A stretch of 64,000 nucleotides of DNA from assembly GCF_009914755.1 (NCBI RefSeq), contig NC_060936.1; one strand, 5' to 3'. The stretch is from the human T2T-CHM13v2.0 reference genome, Homo sapiens. This document shows positions 12,830-28,348 of the stretch, piece after piece (the stretch's first letter is position 1; the number at the start of each line of letters is the position of its first letter). A model generated the notes under the pieces. It had not been told where the DNA came from and did no database searches. It worked only from the letters and a program-made list of their open reading frames with translations. The position numbers and the translations under genes are program-made.

Positions 12830-14980
12830 GTAAAAGAGGTGCCCCTCCCTAGGCTTCCTGGCTATATAGCGCCAGGCTGCAGCTGGCTTCTCAAGCTCAG
12901 GCTGACTGTCTTCACCGACCTTGAATATGTACCATCAGCAAAACCAAGACCTTGGCTGCAGAGCTCTTGGGGCCCTGGGGATGGAGGGTGCATTGGTCAG
13001 TAGGGTGGAAAAGGACCATTTTGGGAAGGAAAGGCTCCCTCCTGGCTGCTCAGATCCCAGCGGGTTTCCAGCCACAGAAGCAAAGCAAACAGGCCCCTGA
13101 CTTTGTTTCTATTTCAGAAACCTTGCCGCCACCACCACCACTGCTGCCACCGCAGAGCACGAAATCATCACGGGGCTGTGGAAATCCAATTAGACTTGAG
13201 CCGCCGGCGGCCCCCTCCGTGGGGAGTGGGGGAGGGAGGCTCTATCTAGAAAGCTGCCTCCATAAATTTGAGTTAGAGTGGTGGAGGGGCCAGACTGTTA
13301 CTCATCCTTGACTGTTTCTTCTGACCTCGAAATCCAGCGAGTGAAAATCTGCGTGAAAACCTGAGGTCTGCCAGGCGGCACTGCAGGGGGCGGGAGTGGC
13401 CTGGAGGCTGAGATGAGATCCCCAGCCTGTTTGGCTGCCTGATGGGTTGACTCAGGGCCTTCGTTCCCAGTCTTTGGGCCTGGGATCTTTCTGAGCCTTA
13501 AATCTCTGGGTTTCACAGGCTGGGGTGAGGAGAGAGGGACCAAGGACAGCAGACCCCCAGTCCAGCCCCCCTATCCCTGTGCCCTTCATCTGGGGCCATG
13601 CATGCCTCTTGTTAGGTCTGGCTTTCCCTTTCTGTTTGGGGCACTGGCTTCGTGGTGGCCTCTTCCCTGTGGGACTGCCAAGCTGCTGCAAGGACCTTTA
13701 GGTCACGCCCAGAGACAGCCTTTTGCTTCAGTGTCCTCATTCTTCAGGCTCAGATGGGCTGTATTTTATTTATTTGTAAATTACCTTGTTCCAGAAAAGG
13801 TGATCAAAACAAATCCAGATACCTGGTGATATCGCTAGTGCTACCTGGGCATGAATTCATTTTTTCCTGGCTTGAGTTTCAAATGTCAACTGGGACTCTT
13901 GTCTCTGTCCAGGCCCCCAAGCCTTTGCACATATTCCTGCTCCCTGGACCAACCTCGTGCTATTTATACTTTCAACTCTATTCCTAAACCCAGTAAGAAA
14001 CTCCCCAAAACCTCCATACCTGATCCTCACATTTCTGGATACTCCTTGTGTACTCAGTTTAGATGTCACCTCCCTCCACTAACTAAGCGTTCCCCTCTGG
14101 GTGGAGTGCCTTTCTTGTGTAACCCCATAGCACCTGTGCTCACCCCTGTGCTGAAGGTATTGAAAGGAATAAGACACAGTCTCTCCTCCAGAGTCTGTGG
14201 CGTAGACAGTGAGTCATCGGATGCTACAATGTGCTGTGATAAATGTATCACAGGGACAGTGCAATGGACCACATAGTAGGTACTCTGTGAATATTTGTTG
14301 GTCTTGCAAATCTGAAAAAACTATTCATTCTGCATTCACACTTCCTTGATATTTTGGCTTGGTATAGGATCTCAGCTAGGTTCCAGCCCCCCGTCCTGTG
14401 CAAAGCATTGCTTAATTTTCTTTTAAATTCCAGGGTTACTCTCAAGAAGTCTAAGGCCATTCCAGTTTTATTCCTTTGAAGGTAGCATGGCTTTTCTCTC
14501 TGGAGTCTCTGGTGTCCCGTGGAAAAGTCTCTCTGTCTCTAGTGTTCTGCTGTGTCACACATGACGTGATTTAGTGTGGCTCGACTTTCATCCACTGTGG
14601 ATCCTTTCGATCTTGAAACACCCACTGTTTAGTTCAGGGAAATTTTCTTGAGTTACTTCACCGATGGTCTCCTTCCCCCGTTTTCTCCTTTCTTTTGGAA
14701 CTCATAGAATTTAGATATTAAATCTCCTGGATTGGTCTTACAATTTTATTTTCTTTCCTATCCCCCTCCTTTCCTTTCCTGGAGATTTCTTCCACTTTAT
14801 CTTCCGGCCTTCTATCGGGGTTTTTATTTTAGTTAGCAGATTTTTAATTTCAAGAAATTTTGTTTTCGAAGTATTTGTCTTTTATAGCACCCTTTTGGTT
14901 TTGGTTTCATGGGTACAATATCATTATCTTATTTGTCTAAGGATATTAATGATAGTTTCATTTTGGGAGGAAGGATTCTT

Positions 14981-15270
<290 letters not shown>

Positions 15271-15300
15271 AGGAGGAAGGATTCTTTACTGTTTCATATA

Positions 15301-15303
<3 letters not shown>

Positions 15304-15357
<54 letters not shown>

Positions 15358-15386
15358 TGTGTGTGTGTGTGTGTGTTTGTGTGTGT
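15304..15386. repeat. Compound microsatellite (TG)n(AG)n(TG)n
   Basis: Directly visible. Confidence 0.97.
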
Positions 15387-15565
15387 ATTTTCTGTCTTTC
15401 CTGTGAACATTTTCTTCAGAAGTCTAGTGATCCTTGGAAGTCTTTACATTTTGAGTGAGGCATTAAGAGGTGATTGGAACTTGTGTGTGTATGTCGCTTG
15501 TGGATTCTGGGCCTTGTGTAGGGTGACCTAGTTGGCCTGTTTTGTTAGGAACCTAGTAAGTTAGT

Positions 15566-15847
<282 letters not shown>

Positions 15848-17611
15848 TTAAAGAGACCAGAGGAGTTGATGATAGCAACACAATCTTAGAGACTGTAGGT
15901 AAAAGGACAGATGTTAATTGGCTTGTGAAAGCTGAATCCTAAAGCATCAGCAACCCTATGAGCACCCCAGAACCCCCAAAAGGCTTAGCAATCTGCAGCA
16001 CCAGGAGGGGCTGAAAACAGGAGGTCAGGTTAAATGTCTGCTTAAGAATCAGTCCCACTCCCCAGATCTCTGCCCCCGCTTCCCTTAGCCAGGTAAGTGT
16101 CCCTCCTCTACCTCAGCACAAGACCGGGGAGTGGGCTTTTTCTGTGGAGGGGGTAAAGCAGGAGGTCCTTAGTCTGTGGACTGAGGAAACCAGGCCCAGG
16201 GAAGATAGGGTGTTAGGTTTAAGTACAGAGGCCAAGACCCTGCCCTCTTCCTCCATAGGCTCCTGGGCACAGGAATTCCGTTTTAGATCTCCCTGGTAGA
16301 CTAGAAGGTTCTGCTCTAGGAAATATTAACAGCTCAATAAAAAATACCTAGGATACTAATTTACAAATTTTTTAAAGAGACAGGGTCTCTTAAAGCCACC
16401 ATGCTGGCCAAAAGTCTCTTTTCTCTTGATTTAGTGAGGTATGGGGCACAGTGGAGGTAAGTGTACCCATTCTCTTGGAGATCTTTGGCCAGGACATAGC
16501 TGGTGCATTTACTTGCCTTCATCTGTTGTTTTTAACAGTCCAATGGGTGTTTTTTTTCAGCCTTGTGGGAAAGGAACAAAAGTCCATTTCCTTATGTCTG
16601 TTTGTTGCAGGATCCTTTGTGCCTAGAGCTGTGCTGGTTACATAGGAGGTCCTCAGTCCTTGCTGGATGAATGAGTGAACACATGAATGAATTGCAAACA
16701 GACTTGGAAACAAAAATGCAAACACAAGCACAGTTCACCCAGGTTCAGACTGTTCTGATGTGCCAGTCATTTACTGTAACTCTGAACATGTTACATATGC
16801 AAGTATTTAGCATTGTTTCTGGCTAGCGGTGGGGACACTGTTGACTTTTTCTTCATCCTGGTTTATTTTCTCTGGCTGTAGTGAACATGTGTTGATTCTT
16901 CAATTTTTAACCAGGAGTTAAATGAACAAAAATAAAAAAGCATCCAGTTTAGAAAGGAAGCGGCAACCCAGGCACAGTCCTACAGCTTTTACAACCTTCT
17001 GCAGGTCACTCTGTCGCCGTAGACCGTAGTTCTTGTTCTGTAAAACAAGTGGTTGGACCGGCTGCATCGAAGGTTTCATCCAGGTGCGAGTGCTGGGATG
17101 TTGCTGTTGTCCTCTCTCATTTGTGGCACAACGGTGTAAGTCTCCTGTGGAAAAGAACTGCTGTACCTTCACTTTTCTGGGCCAGAATACCTTTCTTCTG
17201 CTCCTCCTCTGAATTCTTGTACCACTTCAGAACATAGTCCAGATCCTACCTCCTCGTAACACTTCTCAGCTGCTCCAGGAGATGCCCGTCCCCTTTCGCC
17301 AGCCTCCTTTGACATTTTTGGTTCATAGTTGGATATAGAGGAAGGAGGATAGAACTTGAGGCCTGACAGTGCCAGGTTTGAATTTTAATTCTGTTACTTG
17401 TTCACTGTGTGACCTTGGAAAACTCACCTAGTATCTCTGAGCTTCTCTTTTCTCATCTATCTAAAAGAAATTTATCATAAAACTTACCTGATGAGGTTTA
17501 TGTGAGGATTAAATGAGATATGTATTTAAAACTGCTCTCCTTTACTGTGTGACACAAAATAGATACTAACACAAAAAATGATAAGAATGATCAGTGTTTA
17601 CGTGCATTACC

Positions 17612-17939
<328 letters not shown>

Positions 17940-18061
17940 TGATTATTTTTATCTCACCATGAGGAGGCTGAGCTGTAAAGAGGTAATTTGCTCAAGGTTA
18001 CAAATCGAGGACAGGTCGCCTTTACATTTTCTTTAGGTGTTTTGTGTTTGTATTTAGTCTG

Positions 18062-19045
18062 TGAATATTTATTGTCTAGGAATTTATCCGTTTCTTCTAG
18101 GTTTTTCAATTTATTGGCATCTAGTTGCTATTAGTAGTCTCTAATGAGCCTCTGAATTTCTGTGGTATCAATTGTAATGTTCCTTTTTTTTTTTTTTTTT
18201 GAGATGGAGTTTCACTCTTGTTGCCCAGGATGGAGTACAATGGCACGATCTCGGCTCACTGCAACCTTGCCTCCTGGGTTCAAGCAATTCTCCTGCCTCA
18301 GCCTCCTTAGTAGCTGGGATTACAGGCATGCACCACCATGCCCGGCTAATTTTGTAGTTTTAGTAGAGACGGGGTTTCTCCATGTTGGTCAGGCTGGTCG
18401 CAAACTCCCAACCTCAGGTGATCCTCCTGCCTCAGCCTCCCAAAGTGCTGGGATTACAGGCATAAGCCACCGCGCCTGGCCTGTAATGTTCCATTTTTAT
18501 CTCTGATTTTATTTATTTGGGTCTTCTTTTTTTTTCCTTAGTCTGGTTAAAAGTTTCAATTTTGTTTTTTTCTAGAATTAAATTATTTCTCTTTTTATTT
18601 AAAAAATTTTTGTAAAACTGATTTTGTTTCATTGATCTTTTACATATATATTTTTTATTCTCAATCTCATTTATTTTTGCTTTTTTTTTTTTTTTTTTTT
18701 TGGAGACAGAGTCTCACTCTGTCACCCAGGCTGGAGTGCAGTGAGTGGTATGACCATAGCTCACTGCAGCCTCGACCTCTTGGGCTCAAGTGATCCTCCC
18801 ATTTCAGACTCCCCCGTAGCTGGGGCTATAGGCACATGCCACCACACCTAGCTAATTTTTAATTTTTTTGTAGAGATAAGGTTTAACTGTTGCCCAGGTT
18901 GGTCTCGAACTCCTGGCTCCTGCGATTCTCCTGCCTTGGCCTCCTACTCCTAAAGTGTGGATATTATAGGAATACACCATTGTGCCCAGCCTGTTTCCAG
19001 AAATTCTTACATTTCCTTCTTAACTTCTATATTGACCCAATGATT
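18062..19045 (-). mobile_element. L1 ORF2 fragment interrupted by AluSp (18184-18481) and AluJ (~18681-18991)
   Basis: TCTAGGAATTTATCCGTTTCTTCTAGGTTTTTCAATTT is a typical antisense L1 ORF2 sequence. AluSp TSD TGTAATGTTCC at 18173 and 18482. Confidence 0.8.
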
Positions 19046-19390
19046 GTTCAGGAGCTATTCGATGAATATTTATTGAGAGCTAACTCTATGTCAGGTCATA
19101 GTGCTGGGAATACAGCAGTGAGAAAAACGAAGTTACCGCCCTCATAAGCTTACATTCTAATGTAAGAGCCCATCAAGGGAATACATGTCTGTTGGGTAGC
19201 GGGAAGTGTGGTGGAGAAAGGGATGGGGTAAAGGCCTAGGGGCTGTAAAAGAGGGCATGTGTGGTGGGGAGGGAGAGCATCTCCAGTCAGTCACATCTGA
19301 TGGACCCTGCAAAGGATGGAGAGAGCATCCTGGTGGATGCCTGGGGAGGCTCATTCCAGGCACTGGGAACACAAGTGCAATTATGTTTGA
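19046..19390 (-). mobile_element. L2 fragment
   Basis: GAATATTTATTGAGAGCTAACTCTATGTCAGG...GGGAATACAGCAGTGA matches the L2 3' motif. Confidence 0.65.
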
Positions 19391-20094
19391 GTAGTGGGAC
19401 CCGGCTCTGATCAGGTCCTGAGGCCATGATGAGAAATTGGGCTTGTTTCTTCAACTTGCTCTTTCCTGTTGAAGTCAAAAGATGGCTTCTTTCTTATTTT
19501 GTGTCCTGTACTATATTGGGTAAATAAAGTGATGTGTACTTTGTTAAGTGATCAATAGATACTTTTTTGGTTGATGAACTCTTCCATCTTCTATCGTCTT
19601 AGGCTGCCTGGTGTGGGGTTGTACTAGGTGTATCCGATGGTTCTCAGTCCCCTTCCCACATTCTCCAGTGACACAGACCTGGAGCTGTGAACCCCGGGAG
19701 ACCCTCAGGGGTGTGCCAGTTCGAGAGTGCCAGCTGCCATGCATGCCCTGCCCTTCACTCTGCCCTGCAGCCTCGGTGTCCTTTTACTCTTCTATTGGGC
19801 CTTGGGCCCTCCCTCTTTGAGGTTTTGCAAATGTGGCTCCCTCCATGTCCCCAGGTCCAGAGGCAAGTCCTTCTGCAGGGACGCTGTCTTTGACCCTTGG
19901 CCTGGGCAGGTCCCCTTGTTCCACGTGCTCACTGGGCAGTAGGTTCTTCCCCTCCCAGCAGCATTTCCCCCCATTTATCATTGTGTACTCACTTGTGTGA
20001 TCCTCAGACCCTGACTGTCATCCTCAGTGGGCCATAAACCCCACGAGGACTTAATCATCCCTTCTCCTCTCCTGCATCTCTGACATCTAGCTCT

Positions 20095-20420
20095 GTGATC
20101 AGCCAGTTTCATCTGTCAAGGACCTGACTGTAAACATGTTAGGCTTTGCAGACCATATGGTCTCTGCTGCAGCTTCTCAACCCTGTCCTTGCAGCATAGA
20201 AGTGGCTGCAGACACTACGTAAATGAATGCAGCTGTGTTCCAAAAAATGTATTTACGGACATTGAAATTTAAATTTCATGTCATTTCCACACCATGAATA
20301 TTCTGCTTTTGATTTTTTTTCAACCTTATAAAGTATAGAAACCATTTCTAGCAGGCAGGCCATACAGAGACAGGTGATGGGCTGTATTTGGCCCACAGAC
20401 TGTAGTTTGCTGACTCCTCA
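20095..20420. mobile_element. MER58 (hAT-Charlie) non-autonomous DNA transposon
   Basis: GTAAACATGTTAGGCTTTGCAGACCATATGGTCTCTG...TTTGGCCCACAGACTGTAGTTTGCTGACTCC. Confidence 0.8.
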
Positions 20421-20559
20421 TGTAGGGCAGTGCGTGGTGTATAGCATGTGTTTAATGAGTTTGTTGAGTGAGTGAATGACACCTTAGACACTGGCAGGAG
20501 GTGGTGAATTTGTGGGGTGCTGTCTTTCTCATTAACACCATAATCGCTCTCCTTCATCA

Positions 20560-20889
<330 letters not shown>

Positions 20890-20909
20890 TTAAGGAAGAA
20901 GGCCAACAG

Positions 20910-21990
20910 GTTGGTTTTATTGAGATGTTACTCACATACCATAGAGTTTGTCTATCTGAAGAGGACAGTTCAGTGGTTTTTACTATATTCTCAGCGTGTG
21001 ACCATCAGCACTGTCAATTTTAGAACCTTTTTATCACCCCCAAAAGAAACTCCATTAGCAATCACTCCCATGCCCCCCTTCCCTGCCCCCAGTTTTTCTC
21101 CCTGTCTGAGTCAACCATTAATGTATCTTTTGTCTCCATGATTTACCTACCCTGGACATTCATATGAATGGAATTATACAATATGTGGTCTTCTGTGACT
21201 GACTTCTTCCACTTAGCATAAGGTTTTCAGGGTTCATCTGTGTTGTAGCACGTGTCAGAATTCCATTCCTTTTTAGGGCTCAGTAATATTCCAGCATACG
21301 GACAGACCACATTTTGTTTATCTGTACCCATTCGTCATTGACTGACATGTGAGTTATTACCACCTTTTCTGGCTTAGACATAATGTGGCTGTGAAGTTCA
21401 TGTGCCATGCTTTTGTGTGGCCATGTGTTTTCAGTTCTCTTGGGCAAATACCTGGGAGTGGAATTGCAGGTGGTCTTAGCTCAGGCTGCTGTATATCACA
21501 AAGTCCCACAGACTGGGTGGCTTATAAACAATAGGCATTTATTTATCCCAGTTCTGGAGGCTGGGGGTCCCAGATCGGGGTGCCAGCATGGTCAGGTGCT
21601 GGTGAAGCCCTCTTCTGGGTTCTAAACTTATATCCTTATGCAGTGGAAACAGGGCAAGAGAGCTCTCTGAGGTCCCTTTTAATTAGGGCACAATCCCATT
21701 CCTGAAGTCTCCATCTTCATGACCTAATCACCTCCCAAAGGCCCCACCTGCTAATACCATCACCTTGGGGCCCAGGATTTCAACATGAGAATATTTTGGG
21801 GACACAAATATTCAGTCTGTAGCACCGGGTCATACAATAACTGTGTGTTGAACTGTTTAAAGACTTCCAGACTGTTTTCCAAAGCAGCTGTACCGTTTTA
21901 CATTCCCACTAGAAGTGTGTGAGGACTCCAGTTTCTCCACATCCTTGCAGACAACCTTTATTTTTATTTTTTTAACAACCCTTTTTACTG
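20910..21990 (-). mobile_element. L1MB-like 3' end interrupted by a MaLR LTR
   Basis: CATATGAATGGAATTATACAATATGTGGTC...ACCTGGGAGTGGAATTGC; the L1 resumes after 21823. Confidence 0.8.
21472..21823 (-). mobile_element. ERVL-MaLR solo LTR (MST/MLT1A family)
   Basis: GTCTTAGCTCAGGCTGCT...CAGACTGGGTGGCTTATAAAC...GACCTAATCACCTCCCAAAGGCCCCACC...GGGACACAAATATTCAG. Confidence 0.85.
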
Positions 21991-24264
21991 TCTGTCTTTT
22001 TGACTGGCTAACTACTTCTTAAGCGGACACATTTCTGATTGCAAGACAGTGGGCTGAACTTGATCATTTAGATAAAAGTTTCACTATTTTCTTTTGTAAA
22101 AGCAATGTATGTTTATTGAGCATTCTGGGAAAACAACTTGATCCCTGCTAGTGATGTCCCTGTTGCATTTGATCACAGCCTGCCAACTCTTTAACAGGTC
22201 TCTCAAGACCAAGGCTGCTGCCCCTATAAGCTGCATAGCAGATCAGGATGCAGGCCCTGGGGCTTCAGACTGGGGTTCACAAACAAGTTCTGCTGCTGCC
22301 TGGACACTTGACCTTAGCAAGCTGCGAATCCTCTCTGAGTCACAGTTTTCTCATTGGTAAAAGGGATGTTTTTGGGTACCTACCATGTGATGACAGGCAT
22401 CGTACTTGTCTTACTAGGTTCTGATGAAGATGAAACACGGCAATGCTTGTGAAGTGCTGGGGATAATGCACTTCCTGAGCACTTAGAATAAACGATACTC
22501 AAAACCGAGAAAGAGCCCTCCGTCCTGAGGTCACGCAGCTCGGCAGGGCTTGTGATTGTTGTAAGGTAAAGAGAGGCCCTTGGAGGAGGAAGGGTCCCCG
22601 TAGGTCACCCTCACACTGGATTCCCGTCATGTGGCCAGCATTTGCTTGGCTGTTTCTGCTGATGAGAACTGCCCCCCGCTGCTGCACAGCTCAGGTTTTC
22701 AGCCCTGCCTTTCCGGAGCCATCCTTTGGCCGTGCCTCTGCCGTCAGAGCCCGGGAGCGCGCGCCTGCCCTGTCGTCCACATGACAACCTGGGAGTATTT
22801 GACAACAGAACCCCTCTGTCTCTTCTCCAGTTCCATCAGCTGTTTCTCAGATAACTTCATTTCTAAACCCCACTACCTCTGTGGCCGCCCTTGGACGCAT
22901 TCTGGCTTGGTGGTTGTTTGTTGTTTCCTGGACTCATCCTCAGCCCGAGGTGGCTCTGAGGGGTAGAGGGACATCCCCATAGGGGACAGACACAAACTGA
23001 GTGTCAGAAGAGTTATTAAGCCTTTCAGGGTGACAGATCTTCACCTTTACAAGCAGGATGGCTTTAGGAAAGGAAGTAGTCGAGCAGGATAGATAGTCTC
23101 ATTCTAAATTATGGAAAACATAAAATTCCAGCTAAGGCCTGTCCCCATTTCCCCTCCTGTTTTCCAGGCTGTCTTGGGTGGCTGCACAGACGGTTCCTTG
23201 TCATCCAGGTTTCCTGATGGGTGTTGCAAGGGTGACCCATTCTGCTGGAAGGGCTTGTGATGGGAGGGTTTTGAGTTTTCCTGCCGTCATTTCCTATCCT
23301 GATAGGGCAGAGTCGGTGGTACATTTTTTGGACTCTGTTTTATAAGCTGCAGGAGGGAGATTGTGGCGAGTGGCTCATTAATAAAAGCACTTCAGCAGAA
23401 ACAGAACAAGGGGAGGGGAGAGGAAGTGGTGGGACTATTTGCCTGATTTTTGTATCCTAGGGCCTGTCTCTTCCGTTGGTGGGAGAAATCCAAGTGTGTT
23501 TAGCGGTCCCTCTGCTGCTGCCCGTGGGGTAAAAACCTCGTCATTTTGTAAAGAGGGGCAGCCTGGAAACCCACCGTGGGCCCAGCTCTGCCCCGGGGCA
23601 GGCAGCACACATTCTGGGTATCTCCCACTTCCTCAGGCTGAGTTTTGGAAAGGCCATCCCTAATTTCTTTGTAATTGTGCTCCAGGCTGATTTACATAAC
23701 TTTATTTTTCTGTGGTTAGTTACTCATTCAGAAATTCTCCTGTCCATCTGTTCTTCTGGGAACCTGAGACTGTGGGAACAGCACATCCCAGGAGAATTCT
23801 GGCCTGATTTAGGGGGTTGGAGCAGTTGTCCAATCCCCTGAGCAGATCCAGGTCCCGGACCCCTCCAGCGAGAGGAAGCACCTTGGGAGGCAGTGGCTGC
23901 TGGTCCTGGGACCTGCGGAGCTGTCACCTCAGGGCTGGGAGGTGAAGGGAATGGCCTGAAGGTGGAGGAGGCATGTGTGGTAAGAGGCAGTGCAGGGAGG
24001 TGGTTAGTGCCCCATGCCAGGTTCCCCTCCTGGGCCTGCCACTCCCCAGTTATGTGACATGGGAAGCTATTTAAGACTCTTTTCTCGCCTGTGAAGTGGG
24101 GATTATAAAGGCTCTAGTTCACAAGGTTATTCAAATGTGAAGTGAGTTGATACGTGAAGCATGTAGAACCCCCCCGGCATGTAGAAAATCCTCATCCTCA
24201 TTTCCAGCACTAACAGCTGCATTATCACATTTACCTGATTCCGCACCGCCCCTGCACCCGCCGT

Positions 24265-24570
24265 TTTTTGTTTTTTTTTTTTTTTTTTTTGAGATGGAGT
24301 CTTGCTCTGTTGCCCAGGCTGGAGTGCAGTGGCATGATCCTGGCTCGTGCAACCTCTGCCTCCTGGATTCAAGTGATTCTCCTGCCTCAGCCTCCCGAGT
24401 AGCTGGGATGACAGGCACCCACCATCATGCCCGGCTAATTTTTGTATTTTTGTAGAGACGGGGTTTTACCATGTTGGCCAAGCTGGTCTCGAACCCCTGA
24501 CCTCAGATGATCCGACCGCCTTGGCCTCCCAAAGTGTTGGGATTACAGGCATGAGCCACCGCGCCTGGCC
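24265..24570 (-). mobile_element. AluS
   Basis: Full-length reverse Alu. Confidence 0.92.
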
Positions 24571-27254
24571 AGACCCCTCTCTGCTCTTTTTTTTAATGGA
24601 ACAGGGATACTTATTTTATATTTATTGACAAACATGGGGAAACATTCCTCTCAGCTCAGCCCCACTGCACCTGCAGCCCTTGGCCTCCTTGGCACTCCCT
24701 CCCTGCAGCTGTGCCCAGTGGGTCTCTCCCACTCCCAGCCATGGTGTGAATTGGGCTTATGCTGACTGCCAGGTAGCAGCAGCCTAATTTCTCTGCCTAG
24801 TTTCATCATCTGTGACCTGTGGAAAACATTTACGCCTCCTTTTCTTCCCTCCGGCCCCTCCAGAGATGTGATGAGGGTCAGGTGACATGTTAAGCCTGGC
24901 ACGCAGGTTGCAAAGACAGGCAGGACTTCGGTGGACAGTGTGGGAGAGCTGTGGGCGCAGGACCGAGATCGCCCTGTCCACAGGGACCCTGGAGTATGGA
25001 TGGAGTAGGGTGAAAATGGAGCTTAGCACCGCCTTTGGGACACTATCAGCAGATGCAACCCCTTGGGCTGTACCCCCGACAGCGAAGGTAGGGGAATGTT
25101 GTTTAGAAAGTCAGTCCACAAATGGGTATTCTCCAAGCTGGTTCCCTGACCCCACACTGGACAAGTTGCTATGCTCTCTGCCCTCAGGATGCTTATAAAG
25201 TGGCCAAGGGTGGATAAGATACCAGGAGGGAAGTCTCAGTGGTTTGAATAACCAGCAGTTCCTGCTTTACCTTTGATGCATCAGGTGCTGCACTAGACAT
25301 CTACTTATAGGTGAGAAAAACAAGGCTCGGGGGGTTCACTGACTCCCCAGGGTCATCCAGTTTGGATGCCAGAAAAGGGATGTAAACTCAAATCTGGGGC
25401 ATTCCAAAGTCCGTGTTCTTTCCAGGTGGGGAAACTTGGGTCTGAGCTTCGCCAGGCCTGCTGGGACTCCCAGATCAGCCCCTGCCTTCCAGGAGCTCCG
25501 TTGTGAAATGCCCTTGCCCGTGTGATGTTTGTGTGTGCTTTTTTCTGCAGGAAGTCTTGGCCTTCTCTCCCTCCCCATCCTCTCAGCCCGTCCTGCCCCT
25601 GCCCGGAAGGCTGTGTGCTTCACTGGAGGGCCTCTCTGCTGTGAATGCACCCCCGCTCCTCTCCACTGACCACATCCTGTGCACCCCGCTTCTCCCTTCT
25701 TTCAGGTCACCTCCTTTGATTTGGGGAAGGGAGTGAGCCATTGGCAGGTGAGAGAAACCTGTGCTGAAAGGTGTGGGTGACTTTGGGCTTTTGCTCCTGT
25801 GGGGAGGTGTTGGCTCTTCCCAGGTGAGAATATGCCCTAGCCCAGGTTGGGCTAGGGCAGGAGGGGAAGTACGGTGCCCTGTCACTCAAAGGGCACGGGC
25901 CTGGCCGCCAGCGCCCCAGAGTCTGGTGTTGCTCCACATGGGCTGGCTGTGTGACCATGTGCACGTCACTCTGCTTTCTGGGCCTGGGTGCCTCTCTGTA
26001 GCGCAAGGAGTTCGTGCCAGATGATCCTGGAGGTCCTTTCAGCCCAGCAGTTCCGCGGTTTCAGATGCCTGCTTGGGAAATTCATTGCCCACTCGTTCCC
26101 TCTTCCTTTCCTCTGTTGCCTCTTTAAAATGAAGGTTTACTTTTCAGCTGGTGTTAATTGGAAAGCTTTAATGTATGCTTTGGAATGAGTGGGAGGAATT
26201 CCAAGGCCATAACTCCCTGAGCCCTCAAGCGTGGAAAGTTTTTTAGTAAGAACGAGTTCGAACAGGATCTTGGGGGCCTGGGGACAGGACACAACCTTGG
26301 CGTGCTCATTCACCTCAGGGAACACAGCTGGCTCTTTGGAACCTGGCTGATTAAACCTGGCAGGACCTGGGTGACAGAAACCCAGCAGGGCCAGAGCTCC
26401 TCTGTCTGGGGACCCTTGTGCCACCAGCAGCCACAGCCTTCCCCTGGAGCCTGCTCTCCCCACTCCTGTGCCAGCCCGTCACTCTCTCTTCCCCAGCTGT
26501 GCCAGCCCTCACTCTGGCCCTGCCCCAAATACACGTCATGTCCCTCTGGCTTGCCTTCTTTAGCTCAGCCCTTCCCTGTCCCCTCCTCATCTCTCTACCT
26601 ATTGATGTCACCTCTTTCCTTTTATGCCCAGCGTTTCCTTTCCACTAGCCCAGGTTGGGCTAGGGCAGGAAGTTGAGCTTGGCACGGGCCTGGGCCAGGG
26701 ACCACATACAGTGTAAACTGGACTGTGGGGCTGGGAGGGCTAGGGGAGCATTGCCGCTGATCAGTCAGTCAGTTCATGTTGACCAAGCCCCCATCACCTG
26801 CCCGAGGTGAGGCCGAGCTCTTCCAGTGAATGAAAAAGATGTACACACAGCACTTCCCTTGGGGGAGCTACCCATAATGGGGTAGACCAGCCCCCAGGAG
26901 GGACCCTTACGGAGTGGTGGGTGATAAACTGCTTCTGTAAGTCAGAGAGGCGGCTTGGGCCTTCAGAACTCAGGTGGGAGTCAGTAGGCCTGGGTCCAGC
27001 CTGCCACTGGCCACTGGCTCCTTTGCAGGTTGTGGCTCAGTCACAGGACCTGAGTTTCATCTTGTGGAATGAGAAGGTTGGGGTGGGTCTTCCTGAAGTC
27101 CCTTCCAACTCTGCATAGTTAATAGTCACCATTTATCAAGTGCTTTCTGTGTGTCAGGCGGTGTGAAATGCTTGACAGACCTAATCCCATCTCATTCTCC
27201 CAGAGCGAGGCTCTTTTATTTGCCCTCATTTTGCAGATCTCAGGCTTAGAGCTG

Positions 27255-27900
<646 letters not shown>

Positions 27901-28060
27901 ACTGAAGGCTGTGATGTTATACTGTATCAGTCACACAGCTACTGTTAGGGACAGTGTTCCAGCTTGAGTCTGTCTGACTTTAAACTGTGAACCATCCTGC
28001 TGTTTTTCTGAGTTCTCCCCTCCCCTCCCCTCGTTTTTTGTCTTAAAAAGAGATAGAGTT

Positions 28061-28348
<288 letters not shown>

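Noticed and set aside
25833-25859. miRNA precursor
   Set aside because: A 12-bp stem is too short for a pre-miRNA, and I recognise no mature sequence.
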